A DNA stretch of 64,000 nucleotides. Origin: Eledone cirrhosa (Eukaryota). Below are positions 51,841-61,670 of the stretch, piece by piece. Positions within the stretch are counted from its first letter, which is position 1. Each line of letters starts with the position of its first letter. Both the position numbers and the translations under genes were made by a program. The notes beneath the pieces are model-generated. The model made no database searches, was not told the DNA's origin, and saw nothing but the letters and a program-made list of their open reading frames with translations. The stretch covers positions 269,886,001-269,950,000 of the forward strand of contig OZ024743.1 of NCBI GenBank assembly GCA_964016885.1, written 5' to 3'.

Positions 51841-54689
51841 TGAGGAGGTGTTGATGTTAGTGGTGTTGGTAGTAGTGTTTGAGGTGGTGTTGATGTTAGT
51901 GGTGTTGGTAGTAGTGTTTGAGGTGGTGTTGACGTTAGTGGTGTTGGTAGTAGTGTTTGAGGTGGTGTTGATGTTAGTGGTGTTGGTAGTAGTGTTTGAG
52001 GTGGTGTTGACGTTAGTGGTGTTGGTAGTAGTGTTTGAGGTGGTGTTGATGTTAGTGGTGTTGGTAGTAGTGTTTGAGGTGGTGTTGATGTTAGTGGAGT
52101 TGGGGGTAGTGTTTGAGGTGGTGTTGATGTTAGTGGTGTTGGTAGTAGTGTTTGAGGTGGTGTTGATGTTAGTGGAGTTTGGGGTAGTGTTTGAGGTGGT
52201 GTTGATGTTAGTGGTGTTGGCGGTAGTGTCTGAGGTGGTGTTGATGTTAGCGGTGTTGGTAGTAGTGTTTGAGGTGCTGTTGATGTTAGTGGTGTTGGTA
52301 GTAGTGTTTGAGGTGGTGTTGATGTTAGTGGTGTTGGTAGTAGTGTTTGAGGTGGTGTTGACGTTAGTGGTGTTGGTAGTAGTGTTTGAGGAGGTGTTGA
52401 TGTTAGTGGTGTTGGTAGTAGTGTTTGAGGTGGTGTTGATGTTAGTGGTGTTGGTAGTAGTGTTTGAGGTGGTGTTGACGTTAGTGGTGTTGGTAGTAGT
52501 GTTTGAGGTGGTGTTGACGTTAGTGGTGTTGGTAGTAGTGTTTGAGGTGCTGTTGATGTTAGTGGTGTTGGTAGTAGTGTTTGAGGTGGTGTTGATGTTA
52601 GTGGTGTTGGTAGTAGTGTTTGAGGAGGTGTTGATGTTAGTGGTGTTGGTAGTAGTGTTTGAGGTGGTGTTGATGTTAGTGGTGTTGGTAGTAGTGTTTG
52701 AGGTGGTGTTGATGTTAGTGGAGTTGGGGGTAGTGTTTGAGGTGGTGTTGATGTTAGTGGTGTTGGTAGTAGTGTTTGAGGTGGTGTTGACGTTAGTGGT
52801 GTTGGTAGTAGTGTTTGAGGTGGTGTTGACGTTAGTGGTGTTGGTAGTAGTGTTTGAGGTGGTGTTGATGTTAGTGGTGTTGGTAGTAGTGTTTGAGGTG
52901 GTGTTGATGTTAGTGGAGTTGGGGGTAGTGTTTGAGGTGGTGTTGATGTTAGTGGTGTTGGTAGTAGTGTTTGAGGTGGTGTTGATGTTAGTGGTGTTGG
53001 TAGTAGTGTTTGAGGTGGTGTTGATGTTAGTGGTGTTGGTAGTAGTGTTTGAGGTTGTGTTGATATTAGCGGTGTTGGTAGTAGTGTTTGAGGTGGTGTT
53101 GATGTTAGCGGTGTTGGTAGTAGTGTTTGAGGTGGTGTTGATGTTAGTGGTGTTGGTAGTAGTGTTTGAGGTGTTGTTGATGTTAGTGGTGTTGGTAGTA
53201 GTGTTTGAGGTGGTGTTGATGTTAGTGGTGTTGGTAGTAGTGTTTGAGGAGGTGTTGATGTTAGTGGTGTTGGTATTAGTGTTTGAGGTGGTGTTGATGT
53301 TAGTGGTGTTGGTAGTAGTGTTTGAGGTGGTGTTGATGTTAGTGGTGTTGGTAGTAGTGTTTGAGGTGGTGGTGGTGTTAGTGGTGTTGGTAGTAGTGTT
53401 TGAGGAGGTGTTGATGTTAGTGGTGTTGGTAGTAGTGTTTGAGGTGGTGTTGATGTTAGTGGTGTTAGTAGTAGTGTTTGAGGTGGTGTTGATGTTAGAG
53501 GTGTTGGTAGTAGTGTTTGAGGTGGTGTTGATGTTAGAGGTGTTGGTAGTAGTGTTTGAGGTGGTGTTGATGTTAGTGGTGTTGGTGGTAGTGTTTGAGG
53601 TGGTGTTGATGTTAGCGGTGTTGGTAGTAGTGTTTGAGGTGGTGTTGATGTTAGCGGTGTTGGTAGTAGTGTTTGAGGTGGTGTTGATGTTAGCGGTGTT
53701 GGCAGTAGTGTTTGAGGTGGTGTTGATGTTAGTGGTGTTGGTAGTAGTGTTTGAGGTGGTGTTGATGTTAGTGGTGTTGGTAGTAGTGTTTGAGGTGTTG
53801 TTGATGTTAGTGGTGTTGGTGGTAGTGTTTGCGGTGGTGTTGATGTTAGCGGTGTTGGTAGTAGTGTTTGAGGTGGTGTTGATGTTTGTGGTGTTGGGGG
53901 TAGTGTTTGAGGTAGTGTTGATGTTAGTGGTGTTGGTAGTAGTGTTTGAGGTGGTGTTGATGTTAGTGGTGTTGGTAGTAGTGTTTGAGGTGGTGTTGAC
54001 GTTAGTGGTGTTGGTAGTAGTGTTTGAGGTGGTGTTGATGTTAGTGGTGTTGGTACTAGTATTTGAGGTGGTGTTGATGTTAGTGGTGTTGGTAGTAGTG
54101 TTTGAGGTGGTGTTGATGTTAGTGGTGTTGGTAGTAGTGTTTGAGGTGGTGTTGATGTTAGTGGTGTTGGTAGTAGTGTTTGAGGTTGTGTTGATGTTAG
54201 TGGTGTTGGTAGTAGTGTTTGAGGAGGTGTTGATGTTAGTGGTGTTGGTAGTAGTGTTTGACGTGGTGTTGTTGTTAGTGGTGTTGGTAGTAGTGTTTGA
54301 GGTGGTGTTGCTGTTAGCGGTGTTGGTAGTAGTGTTTGACGTGGTGTTGATGTTAGTGGTATTGGGGTAGTGTTTGGGGTGGTGTTGATGTTAATGGTGT
54401 TGGTAGTAGTGTTTGAGGTGGTGTTGATGTTAGTGGTGTTGGTAGTAGTGTTTGAGGAGGTGTTGATGTTAGTGGTGTTGGTAGTAGTGTTTGAGGTGGT
54501 GTTGATGTTAGTGGTGTTGGTAGTAGTGTTTGAGGTGGTGTTGATGTTAGTGGTGTTGGTAGTAGTGTTTGAGGTGGTGTTGATGTTAGTGGTGTTGGTA
54601 GTAGTGTTTGAGGTGGTGTTGATGTTAGCGGTGTTGGTAGTAGTGTTTGAGGTGCTGTTGATGTTAGTGGTGTTGGTAGTAGTGTTTGA

Positions 54690-57600
54690 GGTGGTGTTGA
54701 TGTTAGCGGTGTTGGTAGTAGTGTTTGAGGTGGTGTTGATGTTAGTGGTGTTGGTAGTAGTGTTTGAGGAGGTGTTGATTTTAGTGGTGTTGGTAGTAGT
54801 GTTTGAGGTGGTGTTGATGTTAGCGGTGTTGGTAGTAGTGTTTGAGGTGGTGTTGATGTTAGCGGTGTTGGTAGTAGTGTTTGACGTGGTGTTGATGTTA
54901 GTGGTATTGGGGTAGTGTTTGGAGTGGTGTTGATGTTAATGGTGTTGGTAGTAGTGTTTGAGGTGGTGTTGATGTTAGTGGTGTTGGTAGTAGTGTTTGA
55001 GGAGGTGTTGATGTTAGTGGTGTTGGTAGTAGTGTTTGAGGTGGTGTTGACGTTAGTGGTGTTGGTAGTAGTGTTTGAGGTGGTGTTGACGTTAGTGGTG
55101 TTGGTAGTAGTGTTTGAGGTGGTGTTGATGTTAGTGGTGTTGGTAGTAGTGTTTGAGGTGGTGTTGATGTTAGTGGAGTTGGGGGTAGTGTTTGAGGTGG
55201 TGTTGATGTTAGTGGTGTTGGTTGTAGTGTTTGAGGTGGTGTTGATGTTAGTGGTGTTGGTAGTAGTGTTTGAGGTGGTGTTGACGTTAGTGGTGTTGGT
55301 AGTAGTGTTTGAGGTGGTTTTGATGTTAGTGGTGTTGGTAGTAGTGTTTGAGGTGGTGTTGACGTTAGTGGTGTTGGTAGTAGTGTTTGAGGTGGTGTTG
55401 ATGTTAGAGGTGTTGGTAGTAGTGTTTGAGGTGGTGTTGATGTTAGTGGAGTTGGGGGTATTGTTTGAGGTGGTGTTGATGTTAGTGGTGTTGGTTGTAG
55501 TGTTTGAGGTGGTGTTGATGTTAGTGGTGTTGGTAGTAGTGTTTGAGGTGGTGTTGATGTTAGTGGTGTTGGTAGTAATGTTTGAGGTTGTGTTGATATT
55601 AGCGGTGTTGGTAGTAGTGTTTGAGGTGGTGTTGATGTTAGCGGTGTTGGTAGTAGTGTTTGAGGTGGTGTTGATGTTAGTGGTGTTGGTAGTAGTGTTT
55701 GAGGTGGTGTTGATGTTAGAGGTGTTGGTAGTAGTGCTTGAGGTGGTGTTGATATAAGTGGTGTTGGTAGTAGTGTTTGAGGTGGTGTTGATATTAGCGG
55801 TGTTGGTAGTAGTGTTTGAGGTGGTGTTGATGTTAGCGGTGTTGGTAGTAGTGTTTGAGGTGGTGTTGATGTTAGTGGTGTTGGTAGTAGTGTTTGAGGT
55901 GTTGTTGATGTTAGTGGTGTTGGTGGTAGTGTTTGCGGTGGTGTTGATGTTAGCGGTGTTGGTAGTAGTGTTTGAGGTGGTGTTGATGTTTGTGGTGTTG
56001 GGGGTAGTGTTTGAGGTAGTGTTGATGTTAGTGGTGTTGGTAGTAGTGTTTGAGGTGGTGTTGATGTTAGTGGTGTTGGTAGTAGTGTTTGAGGTGGTGT
56101 TGACGTTAGTGGTGTTGGTATTAGTGTTTGAGGTGGTGTTGATGTTAGTGGTATTGGTAGTAGTGTTTGAGGAGGTGTTGATGTTAGTGGTGTTGGCAGT
56201 AGTGTTTGGGGTGGTGTTGATGTTAGTGGTGTTGGTAGTAGTATTTGAGGTGGTGTTGATGTTAGTGGTGTTGGCGGTAGTGTTTGGGGTGGTGTTTATG
56301 TTAGTGGTATTGGGGTAGTGTTTGAGGTTCTGTTGATGTTAGTGGTGTTGGTAGTAGTATTTGAGGTGGTGTTGATGTTAGTGGTGTTGGTAGTAGTGTT
56401 TGAGGTGGTGTTGATGTTAGTGGTGTTGGTAGTAGTGTTTGAGGTGGTGTTGATGTTAGTGGTGTTGGTAGTAGTGTTTGAGGTGGTGTTGATGTTAGTG
56501 GTGTTGGTAGTAGTGTTTGAGGTGGTGTTGATGTTAGTGGTGTTGGTAGTAGTGTTTTAGGTGGTGTTGATGTTAGTGGTGTTGGTAGTAGTGTTTGAGG
56601 AGGTGTTGATGTTAGTGGTGTTGGTAGTAGTGTTTGAGGTGGTGTTGATGTTAGTGGTGTTGGTAGTAGTGTTTGAGGTGGTGTTGATGTTAGTGGTGTT
56701 GGTAGTAGTGTTTGACGTGGTGTTGTTGTTAGTGGTGTTGGTAGTAGTGTTTGAGGAGCTGTTGATGTTAGTGGTGTTGGTAGTAGTGTTTGAGGTGGTG
56801 TTGATGTTAGCGGTGTTGGTAGTAGTGTTTGACGTGGTGTTGATGTTAGTGGTATTGGGGTAGTGTTTGGAGTGGTGTTGATGTTAATGGTGTTGGTAGT
56901 AGTGTTTGAGGTGGTGTTGATGTTAGTGGTGTTGGTAGTAGTGTTTGAGGAGGTGTTGATGTTAGTGGTGTTGGTACTAGTGTTTGAGGTGGTGTTGATG
57001 TTAGTGGTGTTGGTAGTAGTGTTTGAGGTGGTGTTGATGTTAGTGGTGTTGGTAGTAGTGTTTGAGGTGGTGTTGATGTTAGTGGTATTGGGGTAGTGTT
57101 TGAGGAGGTGTTGATTTTAGTGGTGTTGGTAGTAGTGTTTGAGGTGGTGTTGATGTTAGTGGTGTTGGTAGTAGTGTTTGAGGTGGTGTTGATGTTAGTG
57201 GTGTTGGTAGTAGTGTTTGAGGGGCTGTTGATGTTAGAGGTGTTGGTAGTAGTGTTTGAGGTGGTGTTGATGTTAGTGGTGTTGGTAGTAGTGTTTGAGG
57301 TGGTGTTGATGTTAGTGGTGTTGGTAGTAGTGTTTGAGGTGGTGTTGATGTTAGCAGTGTTGGTAGTAGTGTTTGAGGTGGTGTTGATGTTAGTGGTGTT
57401 GGTAGTAGTGTTTGAGGTGGTGTTGATGTTAGTGGTGTTGGTAGTAGTGTTTGAGGTGGTGTTGATGTTAATGGTGTTGGTAGTAGTGTTTGAGGTGGTG
57501 TTGATGTTAGTGGTGTTGGTAGTAGTGTTTGAGGAGGTGTTGATGTTAGTGGTGTTGGTAGTAGTGTTTGAGGTGGTGTTGATGTTAGTGGTGTTGGTAG

Positions 57601-60600
57601 TAGTGTTTGAGGTGGTGTTGATGTTAGTGGTGTTGGTAGTAGTGTTTGAGGTGGTGTTGATGTTAGTGGTGTTGGTAGTAGTGTTTGAGGTGGTGTTGAT
57701 GTTAGCGGTGTTGGTAGTAGTGTTTGAGGTGCTGTTGATGTTAGTGGTGTTGGTAGTAGTGTTTGAGGTGGTGTTGATGTTAGCGGTGTTGGTAGTAGTG
57801 TTTGAGGTGGTGTTGATGTTAGTGGTGTTGGTAGTAGTGTTTGAGGAGGTGTTGATTTTAGTGGTGTTGGTAGTAGTGTTTGAGGTGGTGTTGATGTTAG
57901 CGGTGTTGGTAGTAGTGTTTGAGGTGGTGTTGATGTTAGCGGTGTTGGTAGTAGTGTTTGACGTGGTGTTGATGTTAGTGGTATTGGGGTAGTGTTTGGA
58001 GTGGTGTTGATGTTAATGGTGTTGGTAGTAGTGTTTGAGGTGGTGTTGATGTTAGTTGTGTTGGTAGTAGTGTTTGAGGAGGTGTTGATGTTAGTGGTGT
58101 TGGTAGTAGTGTTTGAGGTGGTGTTGACGTTAGTGGTGTTGGTAGTAGTGTTTGAGGTGGTGTTGACGTTAGTGGTGTTGGTAGTAGTGTTTGAGGTGGT
58201 GTTGATGTTAGAGGTGTTGGTAGTAGTGTTTGAGGTGGTTTTGATGTTAGTGGTGTTGGTAGTAGTGTTTGAGGTGGTGTTGACGTTAGTGGTGTTGGTA
58301 GTAGTGTTTGAGGTGGTGTTGATGTTAGAGGTGTTGGTAGTAGTGTTTGAGGTGGTGTTGATGTTAGTGGAGTTGGGGGTATTGTTTGAGGTGGTGTTGA
58401 TGTTAGTGGTGTTGGTTGTAGTGTTTGAGGTGGTGTTGATGTTAGTGGTGTTGGTAGTAGTGTTTGAGGTGGTGTTGATGTTAGTGGTGTTGGTAGTAGT
58501 GTTTGAGGTTGTGTTGATATTAGCGGTGTTGGTAGTAGTGTTTGAGGTGGTGTTGATGTTAGCGGTGTTGGTAGTAGTGTTTGACGTGGTGTTGATGTTA
58601 GTGGTGTTGGTAGTAGTGTTTGAGGTGGTGTTGATGTTAGTGGTGTTGGTAGTAGTGTTTGAGGTGGTGTTGATGTTAGAGGTGTTGGTAGTAGTGCTTG
58701 AGGTGGTGTTGATGTTAGCGGTGTTGGTAGTAGTGTTTGAGGTGGTGTTGATGTTAGTGGTGTTGGTAGTAGTGTTTGAGGTGGTGTTGATGTTAGTGGT
58801 GTTGGTAGTAGTGTTTGAGGTGGTGTTGATGTTAGTGGTGTTGGTAGTAGTGTTTGAGGTGGTGTTGATGTTAGAGGTGTTGGTAGTAGTGCTTGAGGTG
58901 GTGTTGATGTTAGCGGTGTTGGTAGTAGTGTTTGAGGTGGTGTTGATGTTAGTGGTGTTGGTAGTAGTGTTTGAGGAGGTGTTGATTTTAGTGGTGTTGG
59001 TAGTAGTGTTTGAGGTGGTGTTGATGTTAGCGGTGTTGGTAGTAGTGTTTGAGGTGGTGTTGATGTTAGCGGTGTTGGTAGTAGTGTTTGACGTGGTGTT
59101 GATGTTAGTGGTATTGGGGTAGTGTTTGGAGTGGTGTTGATGTTAATGGTGTTGGTAGTAGTGTTTGAGGTGGTGTTGATGTTAGTGGTGTTGGTAGTAG
59201 TGTTTGAGGAGGTGTTGATGTTAGTGGTGTTGGTAGTAGTGTTTGAGGTGGTGTTGACGTTAGTGGTGTTGGTAGTAGTGTTTGAGGTGGTGTTGACGTT
59301 AGTGGTGTTGGTAGTAGTGTTTGAGGTGGTGTTGATGTTAGTGGTGTTGGTAGTAGTGTTTGAGGTGGTGTTGATGTTAGTGGAGTTGGGGGTAGTGTTT
59401 GAGGTGGTGTTGATGTTAGTGGTGTTGGTTGTAGTGTTTGAGGTGGTGTTGATGTTAGTGGTGTTGGTAGTAGTGTTTGAGGTGGTGTTGACGTTAGTGG
59501 TGTTGGTAGTAGTGTTTGAGGTGGTTTTGATGTTAGTGGTGTTGGTAGTAGTGTTTGAGGTGGTGTTGACGTTAGTGGTGTTGGTAGTAGTGTTTGAGGT
59601 GGTGTTGATGTTAGAGGTGTTGGTAGTAGTGTTTGAGGTGGTGTTGATGTTAGTGGAGTTGGGGGTATTGTTTGAGGTGGTGTTGATGTTAGTGGTGTTG
59701 GTTGTAGTGTTTGAGGTGGTGTTGATGTTAGTGGTGTTGGTAGTAGTGTCTGAGGTGGTGTTGATGTTAGTGGTGTTGGTAGTAATGTTTGAGGTTGTGT
59801 TGATATTAGCGGTGTTGGTAGTAGTGTTTGAGGTGGTGTTGATGTTAGCGGTGTTGGTAGTAGTGTTTGAGATGGTGTTGATGTTAGTGGTGTTGGTAGT
59901 AGTGTTTGAGGTGGTGTTGATGTTAGAGGTGTTGGTAGTAGTGCTTGAGGTGGTGTTGATATAAGTGGTGTTGGTAGTAGTGTTTGAGGTGGTGTTGATA
60001 TTAGCGGTGTTGGTAGTAGTGTTTGAGGTGGTGTTGATGTTAGCGGTGTTGGTAGTAGTGTTTGAGGTGGTGTTGATGTTAGTGGTGTTGGTAGTAGTGT
60101 TTGAGGTGTTGTTGATGTTAGTGGTGTTGGTGGTAGTGTTTGCGGTGGTGTTGATGTTAGCGGTGTTGGTAGTAGTGTTTGAGGTGGTGTTGATGTTTGT
60201 GGTGTTGGGGGTAGTGTTTGAGGTAGTGTTGATGTTAGTGGTGTTGGTAGTAGTGTTTGAGGTGGTGTTGATGTTAGTGGTGTTGGTAGTAGTGTTTGAG
60301 GTGGTGTTGACGTTAGTGGTGTTGGTATTAGTGTTTGAGGTGGTGTTGATGTTAGTGGTATTGGTAGTAGTGTTTGAGGAGGTGTTGATGTTAGTGGTGT
60401 TGGCAGTAGTGTTTGGGGTGGTGTTGATGTTAGTGGTGTTGGTAGTAGTATTTGAGGTGGTGTTGATGTTAGTGGTGTTGGCGGTAGTGTTTGGGGTGGT
60501 GTTTATGTTAGTGGTATTGGGGTAGTGTTTGAGGTTCTGTTGATGTTAGTGGTGTTGGTAGTAGTATTTGAGGTGGTGTTGATGTTAGTGGTGTTGGTAG

Positions 60601-61670
60601 TAGTGTTTGAGGTGGTGTTGATGTTAGTGGTGTTGGTAGTAGTGTTTGAGGTGGTGTTGATGTTAGTGGTGTTGGTAGTAGTGTTTGAGGTGGTGTTGAT
60701 GTTAGTGGTGTTGGTAGTAGTGTTTGAGGTGGTGTTGATGTTAGTGGTGTTGGTAGTAGTGTTTTAGGTGGTGTTGATGTTAGTGGTGTTGGTAGTAGTG
60801 TTTGAGGAGGTGTTGATGTTAGTGGTGTTGGTAGTAGTGTTTGAGGTGGTGTTGATGTTAGTGGTGTTGGTAGTAGTGTTTGAGGTGGTGTTGATGTTAG
60901 TGGTGTTGGTAGTAGTGTTTGACGTGGTGTTGTTGTTAGTGGTGTTGGTAGTAGTGTTTGAGGAGCTGTTGATGTTAGTGGTGTTGGTAGTAGTGTTTGA
61001 GGTGGTGTTGATGTTAGCGGTGTTGGTAGTAGTGTTTGACGTGGTGTTGATGTTAGTGGTATTGGGGTAGTGTTTGGAGTGGTGTTGATGTTAATGGTGT
61101 TGGTAGTAGTGTTTGAGGTGGTGTTGATGTTAGTGGTGTTGGTAGTAGTGTTTGAGGAGGTGTTGATGTTAGTGGTGTTGGTACTAGTGTTTGAGGTGGT
61201 GTTGATGTTAGTGGTGTTGGTAGTAGTGTTTGAGGTGGTGTTGATGTTAGTGGTGTTGGTAGTAGTGTTTGAGGTGGTGTTGATGTTAGTGGTATTGGGG
61301 TAGTGTTTGAGGAGGTGTTGATTTTAGTGGTGTTGGTAGTAGTGTTTGAGGTGGTGTTGATGTTAGTGGTGTTGGTAGTAGTGTTTGAGGTGGTGTTGAT
61401 GTTAGTGGTGTTGGTAGTAGTGTTTGAGGGGCTGTTGATGTTAGAGGTGTTGGTAGTAGTGTTTGAGGTGGTGTTGATGTTAGTGGTGTTGGTAGTAGTG
61501 TTTGAGGTGGTGTTGATGTTAGTGGTGTTGGTAGTAGTGTTTGAGGTGGTGTTGATGTTAGCGGTGTTGGTAGTAGTGTTTGAGGTGGTGTTGATGTTAG
61601 TGGTGTTGGTAGTAGTGTTTGAGGTGGTGTTGATGTTAGTGGTGTTGGTAGTAGTGTTTGAGGTGGTGTT
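54690..61670. repeat. Duplication with offset 4207 bp (108 units minus 5 bp); about 54690-57460 repeated at about 58900-61670
   Basis: Constant offset of 4207 at 54915/59122, 55758/59965, 56318/60525, 56561/60768, 56863/61070 and 57096/61303. Rare variants GTTTTAG, GAGGTTCTG and GAGGGGCTG are shared. Confidence 0.9.
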